This document shows positions 1-12,234 of a stretch of DNA of 64,000 nucleotides, in pieces. The first letter of the stretch is position 1. Every line of letters begins with the position of its first letter. A program made the position numbers and the translations under genes. Source of the stretch: Fistulifera solaris (lineage: Eukaryota); contig AP026151.1 in NCBI GenBank assembly GCA_030295235.1, positions 186,001 to 250,000 of the forward strand, given 5' to 3'. The notes below the pieces were generated by a model, which did no database searches, was not told the DNA's origin, and saw nothing but the letters and a program-made list of their open reading frames with translations.

Positions 1-235
1 GAGAATTGATTTAAAGAATAACTTGTGCTACCCTTTCCGCTAGTATTTCGGTAGTCGAAAGGATTAAATGTCGATGCAGCACTGTTCTTGTCTTCATCGC
101 TAACCGACCAGTTGTTGTGCAGTTTTGTGGCTCTCGCGCCGTCGTTCGGCTCGCAGACCGGACGACAAAACCGAACGATGGACACAAACATGCCAACACA
201 AAAAGACCTGGTAGCAGTATCGTGTTTCTGTGCAT
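1..235 (-). CDS. Possible 5' part of a plastid-targeted or secreted protein running off the window start
   Basis: MHRNTILLPGLFVLACLCPSFGFVVRSAS reads as a signal peptide plus F-start transit peptide. An alternative frame near 30-80 continues open to the window edge (STFNPFDYRN). Needs a frameshift, so weak. Confidence 0.3.
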
Positions 236-469
236 CCTTGTGGATGCGTTTCCTCTTGTTTCACGTCTATTCATCATAGTCGCCAAAGATATTTTTATTT
301 TATTTTAAAAATAAATTAAGTGAAGGCGCTTCAAATGTTTTATTTTTTTTTATAAAAAAAATTAAACTCACCTTTGTTTGAGCAGGCTCACAGAAAATCT
401 GGGCCAGTGCGGTATATTCTACAATACCAGGTACTCAGAAAATCTGAAGGAGTGCTGTGATCACCTACT

Positions 470-930
470 GATTCATGACTCATGACAGACATGCAGTCGT
501 GGTCTCCTGGAACCATCACTTTGCTCCATAGTAAATATGGAAGAAACATTTCGCAAGGACGTGTAATGCAAACGCTGCTAAAGACTACTTTAATGCAATG
601 AGGACAAATGGAGCTCAAGATAGTTTGCTGAATGAACGAATTGCAGGCATAATTGTCGCTCGAAAATAAAAAAAAACATTGATTCATGACTGAAATGAAG
701 TTGTGTCGTGGTCTCCTTGAATCATCACTTTGCTCCATAGTAAATGCGGAAGACAACGTTTCGCAGCGCTCTCCAACTTAAAACACAATGACGCGTAATG
801 AAAACGCTGCTAAGGACTGTTTCATTGCAACAACGACAAATGGAGCTCAAGATATTTTGCTGAACGAACGAATTGTAGGCAGCATTCTCGCTCAAAGATT
901 AAGCATTCATGACTGAAGTACAGTCGTGGA
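470..930. repeat. Degenerate tandem repeat, ~210-230 bp unit, ~2.1 copies (family A)
   Basis: CATCACTTTGCTCCATAGTAAAT at 514 and 723; AAATGGAGCTCAAGATA at ~606 and ~838; ATTCATGACT at 471, 682 and 905. Confidence 0.85.
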
Positions 931-1172
931 TATACGTTGAACATACACTTTCGACTATAGTAGAAACGGTTTTCCTTATTTCAAGACAGACGGAAATTCT
1001 GAAGCACTGTTTAAGAAAGGCTCGAAGATAGGAAAAGTTTTTAAGGGCAAATAATGGTGTTTTAACACACCAAGAAAAACTTGGTATGCGGTATTTTATG
1101 TCCACAGAAATGTTGGATAGGATCCTTCACACCAACGGAAAATCTGGGGATGTGGTGTTTTTTTTATTTTAA

Positions 1173-1333
1173 CTAGCCGCCTTCGGCGTCTAGCCCCTGC
1201 AGGGCTTTTTTCGTTCTCGCCCTTCCCGCAAGCGGGGGGCTCGATCCCCGGGGATAGCGTCACACCCGGGACTGAACAACCGGGACCGACGTGACACACA
1301 CACACACACGGACAGCGCGCTATTATAAATAGA
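1173..1333 (-). mobile_element. Non-autonomous Helitron-like element, copy 1 (161 bp)
   Basis: Minus strand starts TCTATTTATAATAGCGCGCTGTCCG(TG)n and ends with hairpin CGCCGAAGGCG then GCTAG. It sits between A and T with no TSD. Near-identical copy at 54946-55104. Confidence 0.75.
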
Positions 1334-1499
1334 TAAAATAAACTACATGCACAGAAGTTTCTAGGCGAGTGATGTTTTCACGAGAGCGAGAAAAAACTAC
1401 GGAGTAATGCAGCAATAACTCCGTAGCTATACTACGATAATTTCGTTTGAACATTAGCAGCCTTTCTCAAACAGATCAGCTGCTGATCGAATAGTTCAA

Positions 1500-2843
1500 T
1501 TACATCTCATAATCATACTCTGGTAGCTCACGAAGTTTCTTTCCCTTCGAAAATGTTGTGGGCAAGGATAGATGCAGATTCCTGCGGGCAATCGACACTT
1601 TCAGTGAGCCTCTTTTGCAAGACGGGACCGAAAATAATATCGGTGCCGCATCGGAGGGCAAAAAATACGAACGACCAGGATGGCAGACCATATCATTGTC
1701 AATCATACCTGTACCTTGCAGAATCACCAGAATCGTCGGCTCGTCCTCGTTGTCAAAGTACACTTTTTCGCCGGGACCACACCGAAGAATCAACACTTCA
1801 AATTCCGGTACCGGGGGTGTGTATCGTAAGATTCGTGGTTCGCGTTCGAGGGGTGCTCCAGCATCAATGCTTGGACCACCTTGTGTGTAGGTAAGCATGT
1901 TGATTAGATTGTTGACGTCTTTGAATTTGGGCGTCAAACCAGCGCGTACAACGTTATCACTGCAAGCCATGCATTCGATGATTTCACCAGCGACATAGGC
2001 ATGTGGCTCATTGGCCGCCATGAAGAAGGATTCACCAGGTGCAATGAGCAAGTAGTTGAGGAAGAAGGGGGACATGGCGCCAGCATCGTCGGGAAATTGC
2101 TGAGACAAACGCAGAATGGCGCGAGCTGATTTACGCTCCCAAGCAGGCTCGTCGTGCGGGTGAGGGTGGATTGAGTTCTGTTCATTCTGCAGCCGTTGCA
2201 AGAGGAGCGTCAGCTGGGCTCGAGAGACCTCCGGGTCGCAGGTCATAAAGGAACGGAACATTTTTTGAAGTGCGTCTTTCTTTTCTTCCTCTGTTTCCGC
2301 CATGAAAATAGCTAGTTTTGCCTCGAGACTGATACAAGCTGCAAACTCTTTGTGCTTCTTAATGAAGATCGCAATTTCTTCGATTCGACGAAAGCCACAC
2401 ATCGCTTCAAAAGGAGTCAATGCGATTGCCATTTCCGGCTTATGATTGGCGTCACCGTACGCTTGTGGGTTTTCTGAATTCAAACGACGCGCATTGTCTT
2501 TATCCGGATGAGCCTGAATACTGAGAGCCTTTCCAGCGGAAATGATTTTGAAGAGAAATGGAAGTTGCCCTCCAACGGCTTGCTCCAAAGTTCGTCCATC
2601 CTGTAGCATCGACGGCCCCTTCTCGTGCGTTCCAAACCACAACTCTGCATACGGCGCGTCAGGGTCGACTTCTTTGATAGCACCGGAAGCCAAGGCATAG
2701 CGAGCAACTCTGGAATCCATGCCACGGATTCCCCAGGCATAATCTTGGACGGTCGGTTTCAACGGCAAAACGGAGCCTTCCGTATGACAAGTAAAGTCGG
2801 TAAACGATCCGTTCCTTCGTAATTGCTCGGTAACCTCCGACAT
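1500..2843 (-). CDS. MPI: Mannose-6-phosphate isomerase (type I PMI)
   Basis: Motifs YAWG, PYAELWFGTH, LPFLFK, LSIQAHP, DANHKPE, HAY, ECMACSDNVVRAGLTPK. Confidence 0.95.
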   Translation of the reverse strand: MSEVTEQLRRNGSFTDFTCHTEGSVLPLKPTVQDYAWGIRGMDSRVARYALASGAIKEVDPDAPYAELWFGTHEKGPSMLQDGRTLEQAVGGQLPFLFKIISAGKALSIQAHPDKDNARRLNSENPQAYGDANHKPEMAIALTPFEAMCGFRRIEEIAIFIKKHKEFAACISLEAKLAIFMAETEEEKKDALQKMFRSFMTCDPEVSRAQLTLLLQRLQNEQNSIHPHPHDEPAWERKSARAILRLSQQFPDDAGAMSPFFLNYLLIAPGESFFMAANEPHAYVAGEIIECMACSDNVVRAGLTPKFKDVNNLINMLTYTQGGPSIDAGAPLEREPRILRYTPPVPEFEVLILRCGPGEKVYFDNEDEPTILVILQGTGMIDNDMVCHPGRSYFLPSDAAPILFSVPSCKRGSLKVSIARRNLHLSLPTTFSKGKKLRELPEYDYEM

Positions 2844-3237
2844 GGCTTCGACGGTGCTTTTATGGTGTTTTCACTCGACTGATGTGATCAATGGATGGAT
2901 TGTGAGAGTTTGCACGATGTTTCCGAGAGTCGTTGATTGTTTCTTTGTCATCGTAGGGGCACGCAACGTGCAACATATGACCGTTGCGTTTTCTCGTCCG
3001 CGTGCCGTTGATGTCTAATAAAATTTCAGTATAGTCTAAGAAGTAGTCTCATGGCCGAGGTGACTATGATAGGATGTGTAGTGCGATGGCCTTCTCCGAT
3101 TAAAGTAAGAGTGACTAAACTATGGCCCTATCCCTATCGTTACCGGTACTCTCTACCCTCTAGCTAGACGCCGCTGTAACAGATACGTACGGATTTTAGA
3201 TCGATTGGTGTGTTGATCAGTTACTAACAAATGTTCG

Positions 3238-4399
3238 TTAGGCAGCAGCATTACCATTGTTCATATTGGAGAAATATTCCGATCGCATGCAATTGCATTC
3301 ATAATCGGCAAATGTAGTGGTGTAGTAGCCACAGACGTCACGCAATTGCTCGATGATTTCTATTTCTCCCGAATACATGTGCGTGAGACTTGCCATGAAG
3401 CCAGCAAAGGTCAAGGCAAAGCCTATCAGTAGCCAGAAAAGTTGCCAGAAGCAGTACTCGAGCTCCAAGGAAAATATCATGAAACCCATAGCCAGGCCTG
3501 CCAGTAATCCACCCACATGTGCCGCCCAGTCCACATAAGGAACAAAACTGAATAGAAGCACTACAATCACGGAGCAGGTCACCGCACAACACTGCTCTTT
3601 TCGAACCTTATGAGCCACTCTCGATTGCACAGTATCGTCGCGTTCACATACTCGTAATACAATCTCTGCAAGCTTTGCACCAAATAGCCCCATCACCGCT
3701 CCTGAAGATCCCACAGATACGGCTTGTGGCATAAAGATCACCGACAGGATCGATGAACCAGCTCCGGATCCGATGTAAATGATGAGCCACCGTATGGTTC
3801 CCCATTCCTTTTCGAACAGAATTCCCATTTCCAATTGAACTGCAACGTTTCCTACAAGATGAAAAAGACCCGCATGCAAAAGAATCGGTGTAACCAATCT
3901 CCACCATTCACCATCCTCCACAATAAGTGGAGCATTCTTGCCTCCCCATTCCGATAAAGCGTCGGGATAGGGGCCCAACATGGGGCTTTTTTCATAACAA
4001 GAGATTTCGTCAGAACAACTTTTAGAGAATACGAGATATCCCATTCTGTACTTACTTGAGTTGAATAGGAGCAACGCCGCATTGCCACATCATTACGCCT
4101 AAGATAACCGTTTGTACGAGAGAAAATAAGATAGCAAAGTATCCGCAATTCTGGCGGACCACGTAAATCTCTTGATCTTCGTCATCGTCTTCGTCCCTGT
4201 ATGCCTCGGGCTTATAATCATCATACTTTCTCCTACCGGAAATTTCCATGGATGCCATGGAAGTGTAGCTCGATGTGGATGACGGCAGACCTGTACCGTA
4301 CGCTTCCATTTCATCATAATTATCATCGCGTTTCCTGGAACTCCGGGCTGTTGCTCCGCGCGGTAATTGCTGTGTTCTCAGTTTCGTTCGTCTAGGCAT
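3238..4399 (-). CDS. Rhomboid-family intramembrane serine protease, 2 exons (intron 3986-4055)
   Basis: Splicing yields APIQLNPMLGP. Motifs EWWRLVT..LHAGLFH, catalytic VGSSGAVMGL and AAHVGGLLAG. Confidence 0.92.
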
Positions 4400-5039
4400 C
4401 TTATTGTCAATTGTAGTTCAATGAACTGTAGCAAAGAAAAGCTTTCTATTCGTTTTACTTATTATTCATCTTGAACGCCACAACCTTTCGATGCGGTGAA
4501 CAAGAACGCGAGAAAAATGGTGCCATTCTATCGTACGAAAATTCCATTCGTCGAAACGGTATCAAACTACCTATATAAACATAGTGTCGTAATTTGAACG
4601 GACATAAGAAAGTACTGTTGGCGAGGGAACGGTACTTCATACTTATTTGCTTCAAATTCCAACGGACAAAACAACCTCCAATGACAAAAAAGCGTCCAGA
4701 ATCGACGGGCGCATTTTTCTGCGCCGGCCTGCATTTGAAAAAAAAAAACGGAGGAACGACAATGCAAAAGTCGACCAACATGCACTCAGTCCTTGTTTCA
4801 ATCGAAACCTTTTCTTTACATCTCTCCAAGTCCCTTATCGAGAAAGACTTTCAAGAGCTTTGAGCGAAGAGTGTTGAAAAGAGATCCTCCTGTCCGATAC
4901 TGCGAGAGCTACGACGATACCTTGCCCAAACTCCTGAAAAGCATTGTTCTGTGAAAATGATCGACGAAGAACGACGCCCCAACGAAACAAATAATTCGCA
5001 TATTGACAACGATCAGAACAACGATGAGCAAAAGGGAAC

Positions 5040-6196
5040 ATGTCGGACAATTTGCGAGTTGAACAAGCCGAAACGACTACCGAGCTATTTCCGCTATCTC
5101 CTCTCCCAGTAGCCAAAATTAATCACCAAAACTCGTTCAGTTCCCCTATTCCGGCTAGTTTCGCGAGTTATGAGGCTTTTCCCTACACACGATCTCCACT
5201 GAATCACAACCTTTCTGGATTTTCACCATTTCCGTCAACTTATCCGGTGCCAGGTCTTCCCAAATTCACCCACCAGTCGTATGGCTTTGTTTACCCTCCT
5301 TCTGTTTCCCAACCTCCTCGTAACCTGACTGGAGAACAGGGGAACAGCATAGGATCAGACCATGCAAATCAAGACGTTCAACCGCATTCTTTACAACACT
5401 ATCCGGCTCATCAAGTGTCGTATTCGCTTTATCCTCCTTCATATTTTATGCAACAATCCAAAGCAGATGGTTTCCCTTCTGTTTCGTATTGCCCACATCA
5501 TCAACAAGATGGAAGCACCTACACGTATCCATATCTACCATTCAGTGAGTCATGGGGAAAAGAGAATCAACCGAAGATTGTGTCAAGCAAAGATACAAGT
5601 AGCGGTGATATAACGACACCAAATGCTTTGAATAATACATCATCAGTCGAAGTCAACTCAGCACCGAGAAACGCAGGTACGATGAACGTTACAGATGAGA
5701 ATCGACAACTGAGAGAGCGCAAAAACGAACTGGCTCGAATGAGAGAGCAGAAAAAACGAGAGCGGATCGAAGCCATACGAGCAAAGGGGAAGGGCAGCGG
5801 ACCGAAGAAGAAAGACGGCTATTGCAGCGCGCGGAGAGTCTTCGGGGCCGCAAAAACAATCGCTCGCGCGAACGATCCGCGGAAGTCAGGCGAGAAATGG
5901 AAGTCATATTACAGAAGCCTGAATCATTGCGAACGTCTGACGAAATCCAACTTTTGAACACATACTTGTCTCAGAGAAATCGAAAGAATGAAAATGATAG
6001 ATTGCGTCGGGGGCGATTGAAAGTTCTTGGCTTGAGTCGTCATCCTGTGCCGCCGCACATGCGAGTGACTGCGAGAGGACCGCTTCCCATGGCGCTCAGT
6101 TCGGGTCCTCATGCCGGCGGTCCCACATTCTACCCTCATCAACCTTTTGCGCCGACGTCGTTTTCACCCGTGTCCCTCAGCAAAAGGGCAAGTTAA
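5040..6196 (+). CDS. Hypothetical protein: P/S/Y-rich N-terminus, basic charged helical C-terminus; frameshift near 5790-5820
   Basis: Overlapping ORFs 5040-5957 and 5822-6196 join into repeated RKNxxxRxR motifs (RERKNELAR, RGRKNNRSR, RNRKNENDR). Confidence 0.6.
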
Positions 6197-6333
6197 AGAA
6201 TATTATCGTTTTCTACTTTTGGTTCCTAGCACAAGTAATCTGTCATCGCATGTGAGAAGCAGCGATCAATGTTCACGAACATAATGGTCCTTTATAATTT
6301 TTATGAGTTGTATAAGTTCGTGTCTCAATGAAA

Positions 6334-7188
6334 CTAATAACTAGTCGCCTGCATACCGAGTCCTACGCCGCCCGAAAGGGCGGAATGTGGATACATGAGG
6401 TCTTTACCGGAAGACCCCGAGAAAATAGGACTGACCACTCGGCAAGCAGGACAGATAACATATTCAGCATCCGAAATACAAATAAGAGGAAGCTCACAAC
6501 TGAAACATTTTGTATGAGTGCTGTTTCCACACTTGATCGCATTCCAAGTTTCTTCAGATCCCCTGAGACGAGCGAAAATACCAGGACTGATCTCAATCTG
6601 TAGATCTGGTTTGGCACGCGGAGCCGGTGAATCATATTCGGGTCCCCGCATGGCGGAATACTTTTCAAAGGCCGACACTCCGTAGTTCCCTGCGTCCGGG
6701 TAATTGCTATCCAAAGAAGAATTCCTGGTTTTTGAGATTCCAAGTTTAGGCGCCGGCTTTAGATTTCCATAATCATCTTCCGGGATGAATTCGTACGCTC
6801 CCGGGCCTAAAGTATCCACCGGGTAATCGCGAGAGGAATAAGTCGTCGATGACCCAGTTTTCATTCTTCGCGTGAAAGAACTACGCTGTTCGAAGAGCAA
6901 AGGGTGTGGAAGCCTGTGTTTTCCTTTTGCGAGCGTGTCCTTCGCGCATGCGTCTTCGGTCGATTGCAGCATCGTCTCCGTTGGGTACAGTTGCTTCAAC
7001 TCTTTCGGCTTTCGGAGTTGCCGCGACGAGTGAACCAATCCTTTCAGGTGCGAATAAGAAGCCGTGTTCACTCCTACTGACTTTGAGACTAGATTTGACA
7101 AGTCAAAGACTGCTCCTCTCCATTCGATTGCCAAGTCCAGCGGAGCTTCGTTGGGGCACGAACCGGAGGAGAGTCCGTAAGTGTTCAT
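6334..7188 (-). CDS. Hypothetical protein with C-terminal CxxC...CxxC zinc ribbon (diatom-type family)
   Basis: 284-aa ORF ending EISPG..LRGSEETW..CFSC..CPACRVVSP..GGVGLG. Confidence 0.7.
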   Translation of the reverse strand: MNTYGLSSGSCPNEAPLDLAIEWRGAVFDLSNLVSKSVGVNTASYSHLKGLVHSSRQLRKPKELKQLYPTETMLQSTEDACAKDTLAKGKHRLPHPLLFEQRSSFTRRMKTGSSTTYSSRDYPVDTLGPGAYEFIPEDDYGNLKPAPKLGISKTRNSSLDSNYPDAGNYGVSAFEKYSAMRGPEYDSPAPRAKPDLQIEISPGIFARLRGSEETWNAIKCGNSTHTKCFSCELPLICISDAEYVICPACRVVSPIFSGSSGKDLMYPHSALSGGVGLGMQATSY

Positions 7189-8146
7189 GAATTGTTGATC
7201 GATTAGATCGTATGGCTAGTTGCTCGCTTATTCTTTCATTCGAAGATTCATTGCTGCCTCCTTGGCTCTCTCGACAACAAAGAAATTCCTTGTTGTCGAT
7301 TTTTATGTTGTTATCGTGTGAAGGAGAAGAATACCCCTCCAAACCAGTGAAGTATACAAATAGGCCGGGCGCGAATTGGGAATTCATGTCACGTCGATAC
7401 GGATGGATTCTATACACAACAGGGGCAGATTTCTGAAGCCCTTTCAACTTCACGACCTGCCGCCTATGTGTGAAGCTGATCGTCTGTAATCCGTCGTACT
7501 TGTCCTAGAGAGCAACGGAGTGCAAAGAAGGAGGAAGGCATCTTGCGTCTTTGTTTTTCTGCCCCTGCACCCTGCACTGTCATTCCTGAAGTACTTACAG
7601 TACAATCCTTGTTCCCTAAACGTTATTCTTGTTCCGTAGTCTTCTGTTCGTCATTAATAGGCCCAGTAGATCCTCAAGTCATATGTAAAGTGGTTAGTAC
7701 TTGAAACCGGATACTACTGGTAATATTTTGTTATGGACTAAGGACATCGAGCAACAAGGCATCCCTACATTGTGGTATCAAAATTGATTCACGTGCTGTT
7801 GAAAGTGTGACGTGTTTCGTGTTCTATTAGAAATGGCGTAAGCCTCTTAAAGTACAATGTACTGGAGTGTACTACGGTATGATGTACGTAGGATGATATT
7901 GAAAAGTTTTTAGAGAAATTTTTTAGTGGCATTCTTCGCCCTGGAATTTAGAATTTCGAATTTTTGCTTCGCGCTTTTTTATTAGCCAGTAACCCTACTA
8001 CGTAATTACTGACGTCGTCCGTAATCCGCCTTTTTCTGCCATGATGTGGGGAAGAAAAAGGCGCAATAGGAAGCAGAAAGAACGTTTCATCGCAAACGAA
8101 ATACATTGAGGCTCTTTCAAAAGATAATTAACCCAAAGAATGACAA

Positions 8147-9885
8147 ATGGCGTTACCACCAGCAGACAATACAACGACAGATCGAATAGCTTCGGAGGAA
8201 CGAGCACGACAACTGACGTTACTCGAAGAAGAACGCGCCCGCACGGCAGAACAATGGGAACTGTGTTTTGCGGATGCGCACAAAGCAAGTCCTTTATCCA
8301 AATTTGATCGGTATGATCTTGCTGTCGATCATGAAGCGGGAGATCGGGCTACCGAAATTAAATTGGGGAGCTTCGCGCGGCCCCACATGCGTGCTCTGCA
8401 CTGCGCTTGGGTTTCGTTCTTTTTAGCGTTCACCGTTTGGTTTGCACCCGCACCGCTGCTCAAAGAAATACAGGATACGCTCGGTCTATCGAAAAGGAAG
8501 TCTGGACGAGTAGTATTACGTCCGATTGTACAGCCATTTTCACACGCATTGTAATGGGGCCCGTGTGCGATGCCTACGGAGCCAGAATACCAATGGCCCT
8601 CGTTTTGATCGTCGCTAGCATTCCTACTGCATGCGTCGGCTTGGTGCAATCGGCAACGTCGCTGGCCATCGTGCGTCTCTTTATAGGAGTGGCGGGTTCT
8701 TCGTTTGTCATGGCTCAATTTTGGCCGTCACGAATGTTTTCCAGGGAGATTGCGGGCACCGCGAACGGTATCGTCGGTGGATGGGGAAATTTAGGCGGCG
8801 GATGGGCGCAACTCATGATGGGAAGTATCCTATTTCCTCTCTTTCGTGATTATTATGACGATTCAGAAAAAGCATGGAGGTTTATTTGCGTTATTCCTGC
8901 TTGTTTCGCATTTGCTTGGGGATGCATTGTGCCATTCCTGACGGACGATGCTCCGCTAGGAAATTACCAGACAATGAGAAAAACCGGATCGACAGATCGT
9001 ATTTTCTTGACAACCAGCTTGCGTTCGGGGGCTACATGGAATACATGGATTCTATATGCTCAGTATGCTTGCTGTTTTGGAGTTGAACTTGTGATGAATA
9101 ATGCTTCCGTTCTGTATTACACATCTGAGTTTGACTTGACTACGGAGAAAGCGGCCACATTTGGATTCCTTTACGGCAGTCTCAACATTTTTGCGCGTGG
9201 GTTAGGCGGCTATTTAAGCGACCGTCTCAATATGTACGCGGGCATGCGGGGAAGGCTTTGGTTACAGACTGGACTCCTTCTCATGGAGGGAGTTCTGATT
9301 ATTGCATTTGCTTCCACCAAGACGCTGGCAGGCGCGGTAATAACTATGTGCATATTTTCCATTTTTACTCAAGCAGCAGAAGGTGCGATTTACGGAGTCG
9401 TCCCATACATCTCAAAGCTTTACACTGGCTCTGTCTCTGGATTTGTCGGTTCGGGGGGCAACATGGGCTCCGTAATTTACGGATTTTGCTTCCGGGCTAT
9501 GCCGTATCGTGATGCGTTCTTGATGATGGGTAGCATCGTCATCATGTCATCGTTCTTGACAATGTTCATTAAGATCCCATGCCACGCTGGTATGTTTTGG
9601 GGAGAAGACAACCATGCAGTGATCCAACAACGGGAACGATTTAGACACCAGCAGAATGCCGAACTTTCTAGGAGAAATCGAACTGAAGGTGACGTGGAAA
9701 CGGAACTTGAGAGAGTGGATGTTGCCAATTCCGCTGTACCTGCTAGAGACGAGTCTATCGAACGAAACAACGTCGGTACAATAGTCATTGACTTGGGAGA
9801 TTTCAAGCCAAGAGAGAATGATGAAGTTATGAACATATTGCAAACGGCAGAGGATGCCGACGATGATTCTGGCCGGGGTCCATAG
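8147..9885 (+). CDS. NRT2: High-affinity nitrate transporter (NRT2/NNP, MFS); frameshift near 8495
   Basis: SFARPHMRALH, GTANGIVGGWGNLGGG, CFGVEL, ARGLGG, SGFVGSGGNMG. Confidence 0.93.
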
Positions 9886-10258
9886 TTTTGAAGTTCGATT
9901 AGATCTATCGTAGACTAATTTTTAAAATTTATTTTTCAATTTAACGCTTGTAATTTCAAATCCTTTATCGATTCCACTGCTAGTTCGGTTTCTTGAGCAT
10001 ATCCTGCAATAGTGAAAGCGAATCAAAGCTTATTTCATTCTTTTGTCAGCTTGGGGCTTGGGCAAAATTTTCAGTTATAATTACTTGAAAAAATGAAATA
10101 ATGGAATGCCTAGCAACTGCGCATGTACGTCAACCGTCTGGACAAAGACGATTATTATTTTATAATGTCATGATGAATGTTTGACTTTTACCATTCGTTA
10201 AATTGCTCATCAAGAGTTTACTGCAACTCACTCTTTATCGTGTATTTCATCAGCTGTC

Positions 10259-10726
10259 ATGGGAATACATTCAATCCACGTGTTCGATCGTAAAGGCAAA
10301 ACGCTGTTCACCAAGCGGTACGCTGAAGAGGATGCTCCTGACGAAGAGTTCGCCGCGGAGCAACGAAAGCTCGTCTTTGGAATGCTATTTTCACTCAAAG
10401 AAATTGCATCTTCACTTAGCCCTGCGAAAGAAGACAGCATTCACTCGGTGCAAATCGGCGCCAGTACGTTGTATACTTTAGAAACAGCGAGCGGATTACG
10501 ATTCGCTCTGTACTTGGATCGGGTCGGGGAGGACGAAAGCAATGTCCAGAAGAAAGCATCAACGATTCGTTCCGCATTGCAACATATATACAACAACTTA
10601 TGGATCAATCAAGTGACACGCTCGCCTCTCTACGACCCAGTCCATCCAAACGTAAATGAGACAGGCTTTGAACAACATTTGGATACTTATCTATCTAGTT
10701 TCTCGTCACAGTCTTGGTATAAGTAA
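10259..10726 (+). CDS. TRAPP complex small subunit (sybindin-like, Bet5/TRAPPC1 type)
   Basis: IHVFDRKGKTLF, EQRKLVFGMLFSLK, ETASGLRF, VTRSPLY longin-fold motifs. Confidence 0.85.
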   Translation: MGIHSIHVFDRKGKTLFTKRYAEEDAPDEEFAAEQRKLVFGMLFSLKEIASSLSPAKEDSIHSVQIGASTLYTLETASGLRFALYLDRVGEDESNVQKKASTIRSALQHIYNNLWINQVTRSPLYDPVHPNVNETGFEQHLDTYLSSFSSQSWYK

Positions 10727-11099
10727 CAAGGACACAGAGACTAAGACGCGGGGAGATGAAAAATTTAGCTTATTGAGACTTTCGCTGCATAGTTAGCCTG
10801 GAGAGAGCGCCCATCTCGCGATAGAACCGAGCAACGTTACATCACTGGGCGTCTTTAAACCTGATATTCATCGCCGTCCTTACCTTGTGATTATTGTAAG
10901 CTGCAAGAAGTGGTGGACTAAAAGAAGTCTTTATCAAAAGAGATACTTGTAATTTCCGTTTTTTCGCTCGTTCCTTGAATCTCAAGCTCCGGTACGGTAC
11001 CGGGCAAACGCAACCATAGTTAAATATACATAGATCTAAAATCGATCGCCATTCTCGCTCATGCAAAAGACGTCCTTTTCAATAAACAAAGGCGATTAG

Positions 11100-11590
11100 A
11101 AATTTTGCATAGATACGGATACATTCAAGATATGGAATCTCCTTGCGGGTCGTTTTTCTGCGCAGTACTGTGACCTTAGCACGAAGTGTTTGTTTGCGGA
11201 AACCACGACTGGATTTCAGTCCTGAGAACATTTTCTGCCGAGCCTACTATGTCGAAATTCTAAGCATCACTTGTGCTGCAAACTTGGCCTACTTTATTTG
11301 TCTTAAATCACATTATCAATTGGCACCTATAACAGTGTACGAATACTTTCAAGATGCGAAATTTTTCTACGGATCATTTGTCTCCCTGTTACTATAGCAC
11401 GAAGTGTTGGTTTACGGAAATCATGACTGGATTTCAGTCCTGTGTATAGTTTATTCCGAGCCGATCTGGATTCTAAAAGCAGCTCTCGTTCTGCGAGCTT
11501 GGCCTATTTTTTTGTTGTTTCTATTCTATTACATTATCAATGGGCATCATTTACAGTGCACAGATACGTTGAAGGTGCTGAAGATCCTCT
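11100..11590. repeat. Degenerate tandem repeat, ~219 bp unit, ~2.2 copies, sharing the family A core
   Basis: AGCACGAAGTG at ~11178 and ~11397; GACTGGATTTCAGTCCTG at ~11207 and ~11425; CTTGGCCTA and CATTATCAAT also duplicated. Confidence 0.85.
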
Positions 11591-11792
11591 CTAGCCGAGC
11601 GGATCGTTGTTTCATACGTTGCTGCTGACTTAATTCGTATCCCTAATAGGATGTGTTTTTCACCCTCCGCTATGGCAGCATCGCAGGCAAAATAAATAAC
11701 AAGAGATGAAATAATGATAAGCGCCAGAAGTCCATTATTTTATAAACAAACCTTGATCAGCTATTTGTATTCGAAAAAATCGTTACAGTCAA

Positions 11793-12140
11793 ATGAGCGA
11801 AGATCCTGAAAAGAAAGCCCCTGTCCCTGTTGAACCGGCTCCGGAAACCGGGTCATGGAAGCTGCCTTCGGGCTTTGAAAATGTGATTGAAGACGGTACG
11901 TCGCATTTGTGCATTAGCATTGCATTGTTGATCATTCAAACTCCAATAGTATTTATCTTACGTTTGAGACATGCAGGAATCGTTAAAGTGGCGGCTGGTG
12001 CCGTTGCTGGGGGTGTTTTAGGACTGGCTCTGGCAAGAACTGGCAAAGGCGGTCGACTCGGATATCTCGGTGCTGGAGTTGGAGTCGGTTTAGGATCGAT
12101 GTACGAACGGGCCCTCGAATCCTTTCAAAAGTCCAAGTAA
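11793..12140 (+). CDS. MIC10: MICOS subunit Mic10-like small mitochondrial protein (intron 11896-11976)
   Basis: After removing an 81-nt GT-AG intron: two Gly-rich TM segments including GAGVGVGLGS (GxGxGxG). Confidence 0.7.
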   Translation: MSEDPEKKAPVPVEPAPETGSWKLPSGFENVIEDGTSHLCISIALLIIQTPIVFILRLRHAGIVKVAAGAVAGGVLGLALARTGKGGRLGYLGAGVGVGLGSMYERALESFQKSK

Positions 12141-12234
12141 AGACAACAATTGAAACGACTGCGGTGCTGTAACTGCCTGTTGCTTCTACTTCTTTTAAAG
12201 GCAATTTGCTACTAGTAATCGAAGTTCGGACGAA

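Noticed and set aside
470..930. CRISPR-like reading of the spaced palindromic cores
   Set aside because: Only 2-3 units per locus, the ~200-bp spacers are homologous to each other, no cas genes, eukaryotic context.
10780..10835. tRNA-like 5' fragment (GCATAGTTAGCCTGGAGAGAGCGCCC)
   Set aside because: No T-arm GTTCRA or acceptor-stem pairing; no cloverleaf can be built.
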